Assembly: GCA_035463315.1 (NCBI GenBank)
Contig: DATHTJ010000046.1
Coordinates: 1 to 54,937 of the forward strand
Reading direction: 5' to 3'
Source of the DNA: Pseudonocardiaceae bacterium
Lineage (GTDB): Bacteria; Actinomycetota; Actinomycetes; Mycobacteriales; Pseudonocardiaceae
DNA: 54,937 bases
The translations under genes and the position numbers were made by a program. This document shows, in pieces, positions 1 through 9,360 of this stretch (position 1 is its first letter; each line of letters starts with the position of its first letter). Under the pieces are notes generated by a model. That model was not told where the DNA came from and made no database searches. It saw only the letters and a list, made by a program, of their open reading frames with translations.

Positions 1-1
1 C

Positions 2-208
2 TGGTTGCGCCAGCCCACCCATCGGGTGCGGGCCCATCTGGCCAGCGAGTTGGGCGTGGACCCCCCTGCGCCGCCGCCCGAGGCGGCCGATCCGGAAACC
101 ACCGAGATACTGCCCCAGGTGCCTCGCCACGGCCCATCTGAGGACTCATCGCCCGGTTCGGGTCGGTCGCTGCTGCTCACCGGAGGAAACCCGGGGGTGA
201 CGCGGTGA
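2..208 (+). CDS. 3' end of a gene entering from upstream of the window; the tail resembles the end of a BTAD/SARP-type activator domain
   Basis: The frame is open from the window edge, in phase with ORF 5..208, and has mostly G/C-ending codons. The motif RVRAHLASELGVDP resembles BTAD C-termini (recalled, not searched). The stop overlaps the next start as GTGA at 205-208. Confidence 0.4.
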   Translation, partial: WLRQPTHRVRAHLASELGVDPPAPPPEAADPETTEILPQVPRHGPSEDSSPGSGRSLLLTGGNPGVTR

Positions 209-927
209 GCGGCACAAACGGTCACCGCCGACCGGATGCCGATGCGGCAGCGACCCGGCCCGTCATGCTGGTCCGCTACCGCCCCGGAGTGATCGGGGAG
301 ACCGCCCGCACCGTGCACGTGGTCCCGCTGCCCACCAACGGGCAAGCGGGCGCGGTCAGCGCCGTATGTGGCGCGATCTTAATACCCGACAACATTGAGA
401 CCGTCACCCCCGGCCAGGGCATGCCCTGCACTATGTGCGTCCTCAACCACGTGACGGGCACTACTCAAGCCGTGGAAACACTCACCAGCAACCCGAACAA
501 CGCGGGCCCGGGGCTCGCAGCCGGTGAGGTCACCTACCACGACTGGGACTGGCCAGTGACCCACCACCGCAGTCAAGCATGGCTGAGCCTGCACCGCGAC
601 GTATCGGCCCTTGCGATCCCGATCCCGCTGTGCACCGAGGTCACCCAGATCCTCACCGCCCGGCGCTGCGCACCGCCAGTGCTGGCCCATCCCTACACCC
701 CCGAACACCACATCGTGCTCACCGGAGAACGCTACGGCGTGCCACTGCCCTGGCCCCACCAGGTACACCAGGTCACCGGCGTGATGCTGCTGCCACCCGC
801 CGTCACCCCACGCGGACCGATCATCTGGGCCCGGCCCCCACAGGAGAACTCCCTGCGGTTATGCCGCGAGATCGACCTATTCGGGGCGCTGCGCACTGCC
901 CTGAGCAACCTCCCCCCGCATTCTTGA
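205..927 (+). CDS. Hypothetical protein, 240 aa, with an N-terminal Cys motif (C-x19-C-x2-C) and a Pro/His/Trp-rich C-terminal half
   Basis: This is the longest ORF in this stretch. Third-position G/C is enriched but it has more A/T-ending codons (tta, ata, att, caa, gaa) than core genes. It is translationally coupled (GTGA) to the upstream ORF. No family was recognised with confidence. Confidence 0.55.
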   Translation: MSGTNGHRRPDADAAATRPVMLVRYRPGVIGETARTVHVVPLPTNGQAGAVSAVCGAILIPDNIETVTPGQGMPCTMCVLNHVTGTTQAVETLTSNPNNAGPGLAAGEVTYHDWDWPVTHHRSQAWLSLHRDVSALAIPIPLCTEVTQILTARRCAPPVLAHPYTPEHHIVLTGERYGVPLPWPHQVHQVTGVMLLPPAVTPRGPIIWARPPQENSLRLCREIDLFGALRTALSNLPPHS

Positions 928-967
928 GGATCAGCGAATCGCGCTAGTCAGCCCGGAACGCTCGCTC

Positions 968-1396
968 TTACAACCTGCCCTGCAGCTGGGCCCGCAGTTC
1001 GGGGGTCAGCAGCTTGCCGGCCCGGTCGACGAGCAACGTCATCTCATAGCCGATCAGACCGATGTCGCAGCTCGGCGAGGCCAGCACGGCGAGGCTGGAG
1101 CCGTCGCTGATGGACATGGTCAAGACGATGCCGCGCTCCATCTCCACCACGGTCTGGACCACTCCGCCCGCCTCGAAGCAGCGCGCGGCGCCTTGGGTGA
1201 GGCTCACCAGACCCGAGGTGACTGCGGCAAGCTGATCGGCGCGATCTCGGGGCAACCCCGACGACGCGACGAGGAGTAGTCCGTCAGCGGAGACGACGAC
1301 AGCGTGCGCCACACCGGGCACCCGCTCTACGAAGCTGTCCACCAGCCAGCCGAACTGGCCGGGCTGGACCGGATGCTGCGGCGCTGCTGTCGTCAC
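968..1396 (-). CDS. cvnB: Roadblock/LC7 (MglB-like) domain protein, conservon CvnB-type, second copy
   Basis: 142 aa with [47 protein letters not shown]...[14 protein letters not shown], the typical Roadblock/LC7 pattern. The GTG start overlaps the upstream kinase stop (TAGTG at 1396). Confidence 0.9.
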   Translation of the reverse strand: MTTAAPQHPVQPGQFGWLVDSFVERVPGVAHAVVVSADGLLLVASSGLPRDRADQLAAVTSGLVSLTQGAARCFEAGGVVQTVVEMERGIVLTMSISDGSSLAVLASPSCDIGLIGYEMTLLVDRAGKLLTPELRAQLQGRL

Positions 1397-4113
1397 TACT
1401 GCTCCTCCTCGAAACGTCCCTGCAGGGTGTCGGTCATGGTGAGCTGCTCATCAGGGCCGATGCGGGCGTGCCGCCCGACGCGCAATCCGTGCTGGTATCT
1501 ACTCAACCGGCCACGCACATCGTCCGGGCTGCGAACCGGACCAGCAGGCGTCGGCGCCGAGCCGAAATGGCCGATGCCGTCCGCACCGGACACGAGATGC
1601 GCCAGCGGCTGCCGCTTGGGCAGCCCAGCCTGGGTGACGCCGTGGTCGACCGGGGTGCGCAGCGCTTGCGCGGCTTGCCATCCCTCGTCCAGCGGGGACC
1701 GCCACTCGTGGGCGTTGATGCGGGGGGCGTTGATGCGGCTGGGGGTCCCATTCGGCAGCGCGGGCAGCTCGGTGGTGTCGCCGGGCTGGTAGTCGTTCGC
1801 CGACGCCGACTGCCGCTCGCGGAACCAGGCGGAGACCATCTCGAAGATCTCCTCGCGGACCTCCTGCGGCGGCCCGGCTACCGCGGCGGTGCCCAGCGGC
1901 AGTGGACTCGCCAGCGGATCGGTGGACGCGGGGACCGGAAAGCTAGCCGCCACCGTGCCCCCATCCAGCTCATCGGAACTCGGCTCGCGCTTGGGTGCGG
2001 ACCCATCGTGGCCGAAGAGCTCGAGCCACTCCTGCTCGGCAGTGCGCGGGCTGCTGGGCTGCGACGTCACGACTCCGATCGAGACCGGGCTGAACAGGTC
2101 CGCCTCGGTGGCCTCGTCGATCACCGACACCTGCAGCGGCAGCTGCCCGTCAGTCCCGCTCCACTCGGTGGTGGCCGGCGCCTCGGGGACCCCGTGGTTG
2201 CACGGTTGGGTGTCGTTGGCCGCTGGGTCGACTGCCACCGCTGGCTCGACTGACACCAGGGAGCAGGGCAACAACACCGTCGCAGAGATCCCGCTCGCGC
2301 CGAGGCGCTGGCGCAGCCGCACTGTGATGCCATGCTGCGCGGCCAGCCTGCTTACCACGAACAGGCCCATCTGACGGGAGACCGACGCATCGACCACCGG
2401 TGACGAGGCGAGCCGGGCGTTGATCACCTGCAGTTCCTCAGGCGGCAGCCCGGGCCCCGAGTCGATGATCTCTACCAGCAAACTCCCGTCCTCGGTGAGC
2501 GTGCTGCTCAGGGTCACTGTGCTCTCTTGCGGCGCAATACTAGTGGCCCCAGCGCTGATGGCATTGTCCAGCAACTCGGCGATCAGGCGCACCAGGTCGT
2601 TGACGACCGGACCGGCCACCACGGCGGCCGGGGATCGGCGCACGGTCACCCGCTGGTGCTGCTCGACCTCCGAGACCGCGTCACGCAACACGTCGAGCAC
2701 CGCCACGCGCTCTTCTTCGCCGCCATGGGGCAGCTTCCCGCCGGCGATGACCAGCAGGTTCTCGCTGTGGCGGCGCATCCGGACAGCAAGGTAGTCGAGC
2801 TGGAGCAAGCTGCTCGACAGCTCGGGGTCGTACTCTCTGCGGCGCAGCTCGTTGATCAGCTGCCGCTGCCGCTCAACGAGGTCCTGGTTGCGCCCGGACA
2901 AGTTGAGGAAGGTGTCGTTGAGGATGCTGAGCGCGACGGCCTGCTCGACCGCTTTCGGCAGCTGGCGGTCGGCGACGTCGGCCGCGGCGGTGCGTAACGG
3001 TCGCAGGAGCGAGCGCATCACGACAAGCAGCGTCACCACAGCGACCACCAGCAGCGCCGCGACCACGGCGCCATTCCACAACGCCCGGTGCCACGCCCGG
3101 TCGCTACCCGCCACGGTGGCCGTCCGCAACTCGTTGAGCTGGGCGATCTCCCCCTGGCGGATCGCCTCGACGGTGCCGACGGCGGCGGCGTTCCAGTCAC
3201 CAGGGACCGTCGCCAGTGGTGCTGCCCGCACCGCCCGATCCAATGCGATGTCCAGCAGCCGCTTGCGATCGATGACTGCTCTGGCGGTGAAGAGCTGCGG
3301 GGCGGGCACGGCCTGGCTGAACTCGCCGGCAGCGGCGTCAAACCGGGCGTCGGCGGTGCGCAGCACCGCCTGCTGCTCCGCAGGCAGAACGCCGGACAAG
3401 ATCGCCGCGAGCAACACCGCGTGCTGCTGGGAGGCCTGCTCCTTGGCGACGGCGAGCGCGTTGAGGCCGTCGGCTTGCCGCGCCAGTGGGCCGCGGGCGC
3501 CGTCCACCAGCGTGCGGTCGAGATCCAGCAGCGCCGCGATGAGGTCGGAATAGGCAGTGACCGCGTTGCCCGCTGCGGCATCAGGCGCGACGGCGTTGCG
3601 TTCACGAGTGGCCTGCCGCACGGCGGGAAGCCCGGACAGCCGGCCGATCGCGGTCCGGTAGGCCCCGGCCTCGGCCGCGGCGAGTGAGTCGGCACGGAAG
3701 TCGACCGTACGCAGCATCGCGACAGCGGCATCCACCCGCTGGGTCTGGGCCTGCAGCGCGGCACGGTCCGCAGGGCGATCCGTGGCGAGCGCCGCGGCCA
3801 CCAGCTGCCGTTCCCCTTGCAGATCGTGCACCGCGAGGCCGACCTGCTGAGCGAACCCGACCTGCCGCGCTACCGCGGCGAGGTCGTTGGCCTCGCGCAC
3901 CAGGTCGGTAACCCGCAGCACGCCGAGCGCCCCGGCAAGCACCAGGGGCACCAGCAGCACCGCAGTAAGTGTGGTGCGCAGCCGCCAGTTCCGCAGCCGC
4001 CAACGGCCGAAACTCAGCGCAGTCGTCTCGTCACGGAATGTGACGCCGCCAGGGCCGCCGGAACGGCCGGAGGGGGGTCTTGCCCTACCTTCGTGGGCGG
4101 CCACGCTGCGCAC
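1396..4113 (-). CDS. cvnA: Conservon CvnA-type sensor histidine-kinase-like protein (N-terminal TM, extracytoplasmic sensing region, second TM, HATPase_c, long Pro/Ala-rich tail), second copy
   Basis: 905 aa with a [10 protein letters not shown]...[11 protein letters not shown]...[23 protein letters not shown] ATPase core and the conserved tail motif GLPKRQP...[16 protein letters not shown]. An alternative GTG at 4104 has better spacing to the GGGAGA Shine-Dalgarno (SD) sequence. Confidence 0.9.
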   Translation of the reverse strand: MRSVAAHEGRARPPSGRSGGPGGVTFRDETTALSFGRWRLRNWRLRTTLTAVLLVPLVLAGALGVLRVTDLVREANDLAAVARQVGFAQQVGLAVHDLQGERQLVAAALATDRPADRAALQAQTQRVDAAVAMLRTVDFRADSLAAAEAGAYRTAIGRLSGLPAVRQATRERNAVAPDAAAGNAVTAYSDLIAALLDLDRTLVDGARGPLARQADGLNALAVAKEQASQQHAVLLAAILSGVLPAEQQAVLRTADARFDAAAGEFSQAVPAPQLFTARAVIDRKRLLDIALDRAVRAAPLATVPGDWNAAAVGTVEAIRQGEIAQLNELRTATVAGSDRAWHRALWNGAVVAALLVVAVVTLLVVMRSLLRPLRTAAADVADRQLPKAVEQAVALSILNDTFLNLSGRNQDLVERQRQLINELRRREYDPELSSSLLQLDYLAVRMRRHSENLLVIAGGKLPHGGEEERVAVLDVLRDAVSEVEQHQRVTVRRSPAAVVAGPVVNDLVRLIAELLDNAISAGATSIAPQESTVTLSSTLTEDGSLLVEIIDSGPGLPPEELQVINARLASSPVVDASVSRQMGLFVVSRLAAQHGITVRLRQRLGASGISATVLLPCSLVSVEPAVAVDPAANDTQPCNHGVPEAPATTEWSGTDGQLPLQVSVIDEATEADLFSPVSIGVVTSQPSSPRTAEQEWLELFGHDGSAPKREPSSDELDGGTVAASFPVPASTDPLASPLPLGTAAVAGPPQEVREEIFEMVSAWFRERQSASANDYQPGDTTELPALPNGTPSRINAPRINAHEWRSPLDEGWQAAQALRTPVDHGVTQAGLPKRQPLAHLVSGADGIGHFGSAPTPAGPVRSPDDVRGRLSRYQHGLRVGRHARIGPDEQLTMTDTLQGRFEEEQ

Positions 4114-4140
4114 TCTCCCAACTCGACGGACATCCCCGGA

Positions 4141-4821
4141 TCAGGCGCGAGCAGTCACCGACCTGCGCATGGCGTGTTGGACCAGCGCGATGAGGGTGTT
4201 CTTGGTCGACTCCCGCTCACGAGCGTCGCACGGGACGATGGGTACCGCGGAATCGATGGCCAGTGCTTCCCGGACGTCCTCAACACTGTGGCTGAGCACC
4301 CCATCAAAACAGTTCACCCCGACCAGATAGGGCAGGCCCCGATCCTCGAAGAAGTCCACCGCCGCAAAGCAGTCAGCCAGCCGACGGGTGTCCACCAGCA
4401 CAACCGCGCCGATCGCGCCACGCACGAGGTCATCCCACATGAACCAGAAGCGGTGCTGCCCCGGGGTGCCGAACAGGTAGAGGATCAGCTCTGCATCCAG
4501 GGACACCCGGCCGAAGTCCATCGCCACTGTGGTGGTCGACTTGTCCGGGGTGGCCGCGAGGTCGTCCACCGCGGTACTCGCATCAGTGAGCACCGCCTCG
4601 GTGGTCAGCGGCGCGATCTCGGACACCGAGCCGACGAGGGTTGTCTTGCCGACGCCGAAGCCACCGGCCACGACAATCTTCGCGGAGATCGCCCTAGGCC
4701 CGCCCGCGGGTTCCCGTGCGGCGGGCTGAGCGGGCGCAGCCACGCCGGGCTGGACCGGTGGGACCCACGGGGCCGAGGGGGCCCAGGGGGAGTTGGCCCG
4801 ATCAGAGTCGACGAAGTCCAC
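4141..4821 (-). CDS. cvnD: Small Ras/MglA-like GTPase (ATP/GTP-binding protein), conservon CvnD-type
   Basis: P-loop GGFGVGKTT, G3-like FGTPGQ and G4-like NCFD. The GTG start overlaps the cvnC 3' end by 20 nt. Confidence 0.9.
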   Translation of the reverse strand: MDFVDSDRANSPWAPSAPWVPPVQPGVAAPAQPAAREPAGGPRAISAKIVVAGGFGVGKTTLVGSVSEIAPLTTEAVLTDASTAVDDLAATPDKSTTTVAMDFGRVSLDAELILYLFGTPGQHRFWFMWDDLVRGAIGAVVLVDTRRLADCFAAVDFFEDRGLPYLVGVNCFDGVLSHSVEDVREALAIDSAVPIVPCDARERESTKNTLIALVQHAMRRSVTARA

Positions 4822-5326
4822 TCAATACCCTTTCCATCAAGGCCACCTCCGGCATGTCGCCAGAGGCGTTCGCTGTGCGGTGCACCACGACCAAGCCGAT
4901 GTCTGCCATATCTCCCAGCAGGACGCGGGCCACACCCAGCGGCAGGGATAGTAGAGCGGCGACCTCGGCCACCGATCGGGGGTCACGGCACAGCTCGGCC
5001 ACGGCGCGGTGTTCCACACTGATCAGCCCCGCCATGTCGCGACCGTGCTTGCCGGTGGACACCAGCGTCTCGACCGCGAGATCGACTACCGGCGAGGTGC
5101 GACCCCCGGTCCAGACGTAGGGCCGCGCCGCGGACACAGAGACCTCCGGCTCACCCCACTCATCGAAACTCGCAGGTCTTCCGACCGACACCGGCTCCTG
5201 GGTGGTCGATGACTTCTCCGACCGCTTGCGGCGCCCGCCCCCCCGTCGGGGACCACCACTGAAGTTGTTCAACACATCAGCGAACGACGGCTCATCACCG
5301 TCACCGCCAGTTGATGTGCTCACCAC
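4802..5326 (-). CDS. cvnC: DUF742 family protein, conservon CvnC-type
   Basis: 174 aa with RPYVWTGGRTSP...LDLAVETLVST...EHRAVAELCRDPRSVAEVAALLSLPLGVARVLLGDM, the typical DUF742 pattern with an HTH-like segment. Its position between the Roadblock and GTPase genes fits. Confidence 0.85.
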   Translation of the reverse strand: MVSTSTGGDGDEPSFADVLNNFSGGPRRGGGRRKRSEKSSTTQEPVSVGRPASFDEWGEPEVSVSAARPYVWTGGRTSPVVDLAVETLVSTGKHGRDMAGLISVEHRAVAELCRDPRSVAEVAALLSLPLGVARVLLGDMADIGLVVVHRTANASGDMPEVALMERVLSGLRRL

Positions 5327-5359
5327 AACCTCACCACCCGAGTCATCGGCCCAGCGCAG

Positions 5360-5782
5360 TCATCGACCCAGTGCACCGTGCAGTTCGGTGCGCTTCCGCG
5401 GGGTGAGCTGCTGGCTAAACCGGTCGACCAGCAGCGTCATCTCATACCCGACCAATCCGATATCGCAGCCCGGGGCGGCCAGCACCGCGAGGCTGGAGCC
5501 ATCGCTGATCGACATCAGCAGCACGATGCCGCGCTCCATCTCGACCACCGTCTGCACGACCTGGCCCGCGTCGAAGCAGCGAGCCGCGCCCTGGGTGAGG
5601 CTGACCAACCCGGACGCCACCGCGGCGAGCTGATCGGCACGGTCCCTGGGCAGGTAGGCCGAAGCGGCGAGCGGCATACCCTCGGCCGACACCACCACAG
5701 CGTGCGCTACCCCGCACACCCGATTGACAAAGTCGTCCACCAACCATCCGAAGTGGTCCGGCTGCGTCTGGGGAACGGTCAC
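5360..5782 (-). CDS. cvnB: Roadblock/LC7 (MglB-like) domain protein, conservon CvnB-type, first copy
   Basis: 140 aa, about four-fifths identical by eye to the 968..1396 product across the core. The GTGA start/stop overlaps cvnA1 at 5779-5782. Confidence 0.9.
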   Translation of the reverse strand: MTVPQTQPDHFGWLVDDFVNRVCGVAHAVVVSAEGMPLAASAYLPRDRADQLAAVASGLVSLTQGAARCFDAGQVVQTVVEMERGIVLLMSISDGSSLAVLAAPGCDIGLVGYEMTLLVDRFSQQLTPRKRTELHGALGR

Positions 5783-8700
5783 TTCGTCTCCTCTTCTCCA
5801 TCCTGCTGCTCGTGTGACCGGTCGGTCTCCTGGTTGAGGTTTTGCCGCGCCTGGCGCCCTTCGCGGATGCCCTGCTGGTAACTAGCAAGCCGGCCGCGAA
5901 TCGACTCCGCGCTGCGCACCGGCGCACTCGTGGGCTCGGTGGGCTCGGCGGGCTCGGCCGCACCCGCGGCCCCGGGCACCAGCAGCGCCCGGGGCTGCCG
6001 CCTGGGCAGCCCCGTGGCGGTCAACTCCGCACTCACCGGCATGGCCAACGCCTCCGCCGCCCGCCAGCCGTCGTCCGCAGCACCCCAGTCCGCGGCCGGT
6101 GCACCGGCTGGACGCGTGGGCCCGGGTGCCGGTGCCGGCTGGACCTGTGATCGAGGCTTGCCGGCATCGCTGGACTCGGCCAGCGCTTTCCCCGGCTGCC
6201 GACGCAACAGGGGTGCAGCGCCGGTCGCAGCGGGCGTTGCCGGGACCTTCCGGCTCCCTGGGGCTTCTCGCGTCGCCGCAGCCTCTGCGGTCACCGCAGC
6301 CTTCCAGGTCGCCGGCGCTTCCCGGGTCACCACAGGCTCCGGTGTCACCACAGCTTCCGGCGCCACCGGAGCTTCCGGCGCCACCGGAGCTTCCCGCGCC
6401 ACCGGAGCTTCCCGCGCCACCGGAGCTTCCCGCGCCGCCGCTGGCCCGCTCGACAACGGCGAAGTCCAGCGCACCGGGATGGCCTCGTGCTCCTTGAACC
6501 ACGCGGACGCCACATCATCGAAGATCGGCGTGGAGTGCTGCAGGGTCACCCGCTGCCCCGGCCCGACGGGGCCCATCACCGTTGCCCGTGCCGGTCGGAA
6601 AAGGTCCGTACTGGATTCGCTCTCGGGCAGATCCACCGGGCTGTCCACCGGGGGGCTGGCCGGCGGACCAGGCGGAGCAGGTGGCGGTCCTGCCGGAACC
6701 AACCGCTTGCCGGTCCGGACCGGCAGTTTCGTGCCGTCCGGAGAATCCTTCGGGGCGGGCTGGCGGCTCCACAGCTTGGTGCCATTGCCGTTGGTCTCGG
6801 GCGCACCTGTGGGGTCGCCGTCCATTCCAGGAACCGGGGCACCGTTGCTGCTGGGAGAGCTGACAACCAGCGGCGCGTCCTCGGCCCGATCAGACCCGTT
6901 GCCTGCGGCCAGTTCCGCAACGGCCGCCTCGTGCGGATCCATCGACTCCGGCACCAGCCGAACCAGCCGGGGCGGCATGGTGACGGAGGCCCAGACACCC
7001 ACACCGCCCTCGCCGCGGCGCAGCCGGACATTGATGCCGTGCCGGACAGCCAGCCGGCCGACGACGAACAACCCCATCCGGCGCGACACCGAAGCGTCCA
7101 CCACCGGGGGGTTGGCCAGCCGCTCGTTTGCCCCGGTGAGCTCCTCCTCGGTCATCCCCACGCCGCGGTCGGTGACCTCGATCGTGACCGAGCCATCAGC
7201 ACCGAATACGCTGGAGATCATTACGTGGCTATCCGGGGGCGAGAACTGGGTCGCGTTGTCCAGCAGCTCAGCCAGCAGATGCACCAGGTCGCTCGCTGCC
7301 CGGCCGAGCACCAGAACGACGGGTGGCTGCTGCAGCACGAGCCGCTGGTACTGCTCCACCTCGGACACCGCTGCGCGCAGCACGTCGACCAGCCGAACCG
7401 GACGGCCCGACCGGTTGGCCGAATCAGTGCCGGCAAGGACCAGCAGGTTCTCGCTGTTACGCCGCATCCGGGTGGCGAGGTGGTCCAGCTGGAACAGGTT
7501 TTCCAGCTGTTTCGGGTCCTGCTCCCCGCTCTCCAGCCGGTCGATGAGCTTGAGCTGCCGCTCGACCAGCCCCTGAGTGCGGCGTGACAGGTTGACGAAA
7601 ATGTCGTTGACGTTGGCGCGTAGCTGGGCCTGCTCGCCGGCCAGCCGAACCGCTTGACTGTGCACCTCGTCGAACGCCCTGGCAACCTGGCCGATCTCCT
7701 CGCGGGTACTGACCGGTACCGGGGCGATCACCTGTTCGGGCACATCGCCATCGCGGATCCGGGCCATCGCCTCGGGCAACCGGTCGGCGACGTCAAGCGC
7801 CGTGCGCTTGAGCACACCGAGCGGCCGCAGCAGCGCCCGAGTGATGAAGACGCCGACCACCACACTCAGAGCCAGCGCAAAGAACAGGATGACCGAGTTC
7901 AGGCCAGCCGACATGCGCACCTGGTCGCGCAGCGCCAGCGCAGTCCGATCGATCCGTTGCCGCAACTCCTTCTCGACGGTGGCAACGTTGCCGATGACCA
8001 CCGCGTTGCGCGTGTCCCATTCCTCCGGCGAGATGTTCAGCGGTTCGCCGGCGACACCGCGGTTGAGCACGAGTTGCAGCAACCGCTGCCGGGACGCCTC
8101 GGCGTCCCCACCAACCCGGGCTGCGTCAGCGCGATCAGCTGGCGCCAGTGCCCCCCGGAATGCGTCCTGTGCGATACCCAGCCGCACGGTCGCCGTCCGC
8201 ACATCCTCGATCTGGCCGGGGGTGAGACGGTTGGCGTAGATGGCCGCAGAGACGATGGCGTGCTGGCGACTGACCTGCTCGCGACCAACGAGCAGCGCAT
8301 GCTCGGCGGCGGCGTCGTTGGTGACAGCGACGTCGTCAAGCTGACGGGTGAACACGGCATCCAGCTCGATCAGCGGGTCGATCGTGGCGCTGTACTCGGT
8401 GACCACCATCTCCACCGGACCAAAGCCGGTGATCACGCTCGCCCGCAGTGGTCCCAGCGCGCTGAGCTGGGCGAGGGCCGCCCGGTAACCGGTGGATTGC
8501 AGGCCCGCTACCTGGTCACTGGCTGTCGCGACCACCTGTGACATGCTGTCGACAGCGCGGAACTGCAGGTTCAGCGGTTGCGGATCCCCGACGCGGCCCT
8601 TGGCGACAAACGCCGTGGCCATGTCCCTTTCCTGCTGCACAGCACCGATCAGATCGGACAGCTGCTGCTGCACGCGGGCGATCTGGGAAATCCGGGCGTA

Positions 8701-8889
8701 GCCGGGTCCGGCGTCGGCCTGGTCCACGATCCGCAGCACACCCGCGACGAGGGCAACGATGGATGGCACCAGCAGGACGGCGGTCAGCTTGACCACCACC
8801 GGCCAGTTGCGCCAGTGCCACCGGGATCGGGAAGTCGTCGGGACAGCCGTTGGCGCCGCCTCCGCGGGACCAAGTACGTCGGCGGTCAT
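5779..8889 (-). CDS. cvnA: Conservon CvnA-type sensor histidine-kinase-like protein (TM, sensing region, TM, HAMP, HATPase_c, roughly 400-aa Pro/Ala-rich tail), first copy
   Basis: 1036 aa. HAMP-like [17 protein letters not shown], ATPase core [12 protein letters not shown]...[11 protein letters not shown]...[23 protein letters not shown], and tail motif GLPRRQP...[19 protein letters not shown] at 8889 is preceded by GGGAGG at 6 nt. Confidence 0.9.
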   Translation of the reverse strand: MTADVLGPAEAAPTAVPTTSRSRWHWRNWPVVVKLTAVLLVPSIVALVAGVLRIVDQADAGPGYARISQIARVQQQLSDLIGAVQQERDMATAFVAKGRVGDPQPLNLQFRAVDSMSQVVATASDQVAGLQSTGYRAALAQLSALGPLRASVITGFGPVEMVVTEYSATIDPLIELDAVFTRQLDDVAVTNDAAAEHALLVGREQVSRQHAIVSAAIYANRLTPGQIEDVRTATVRLGIAQDAFRGALAPADRADAARVGGDAEASRQRLLQLVLNRGVAGEPLNISPEEWDTRNAVVIGNVATVEKELRQRIDRTALALRDQVRMSAGLNSVILFFALALSVVVGVFITRALLRPLGVLKRTALDVADRLPEAMARIRDGDVPEQVIAPVPVSTREEIGQVARAFDEVHSQAVRLAGEQAQLRANVNDIFVNLSRRTQGLVERQLKLIDRLESGEQDPKQLENLFQLDHLATRMRRNSENLLVLAGTDSANRSGRPVRLVDVLRAAVSEVEQYQRLVLQQPPVVLVLGRAASDLVHLLAELLDNATQFSPPDSHVMISSVFGADGSVTIEVTDRGVGMTEEELTGANERLANPPVVDASVSRRMGLFVVGRLAVRHGINVRLRRGEGGVGVWASVTMPPRLVRLVPESMDPHEAAVAELAAGNGSDRAEDAPLVVSSPSSNGAPVPGMDGDPTGAPETNGNGTKLWSRQPAPKDSPDGTKLPVRTGKRLVPAGPPPAPPGPPASPPVDSPVDLPESESSTDLFRPARATVMGPVGPGQRVTLQHSTPIFDDVASAWFKEHEAIPVRWTSPLSSGPAAAREAPVAREAPVAREAPVAPEAPVAPEAVVTPEPVVTREAPATWKAAVTAEAAATREAPGSRKVPATPAATGAAPLLRRQPGKALAESSDAGKPRSQVQPAPAPGPTRPAGAPAADWGAADDGWRAAEALAMPVSAELTATGLPRRQPRALLVPGAAGAAEPAEPTEPTSAPVRSAESIRGRLASYQQGIREGRQARQNLNQETDRSHEQQDGEEETK
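6327..6434. repeat. In-frame 18-bp tandem repeat (about 6 units, 4 near-perfect) inside the cvnA1 tail
   Basis: The unit ccaccggagcttccSgcg is repeated at 6363, 6381, 6399 and 6417, with degenerate units at 6327 and 6345. It encodes (A/P)(R/P)EAPV repeats: [30 protein letters not shown]. Confidence 0.85.
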
Positions 8890-9360
8890 GACCAGCCTCC
8901 CGCGGCGGCCGAGAGTCGCGAGCTACTCGCTGGCACAGTGGGGTCCTCTCCCGGGTTTGACGATGGCCGGCAGGCGCAGCCGGCTCGCGCCACAGGCCGC
9001 CGCGGTCGTGGACCGCCCGCACTGCGCGGACGGGGCACCTCTGGCACCGAGCCGGATACGCCCGTTCTCCGTCACGGACGATACGACGGCCTGGGCAGGG
9101 CCTTCCCGCGGGTCTCGTAGACCGTCCTCTCTGAGCCCCGGGCGCGCCAGTGTCCTGAGTGCACAACACCTGGTCGGTCTAGATGACTTGACCAGAATGG
9201 CCGTACCTGACTCCTCTGAGTGATCGCCGGGGTGCCGTCGGGGGCGGCTCGCTCCTAGAGTGACCGGCAGGGCCTCAGTCCTGCGTCGCCGCACCTGCCA
9301 CACTGACTCGCACTCGAGCCATTCACCGGCCGCAGTGCTTGTCAAGTGCGGAGGAACACG

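Noticed and set aside
6327-6434. The tandem 18-bp repeats, considered as a possible CRISPR or other non-coding array.
   Set aside because: There are no spacers, the units are directly adjacent, in frame, and inside a long ORF with good coding bias. It is a coding VNTR, not a CRISPR array.
8923-9345. A 140-aa minus-strand ORF filling the cvnA1-xpb intergenic region.
   Set aside because: It has many rare codons for this genome (aga, agg, cta, tca, gga), no SD and no recognisable motif. It is more likely non-coding leader or promoter DNA.
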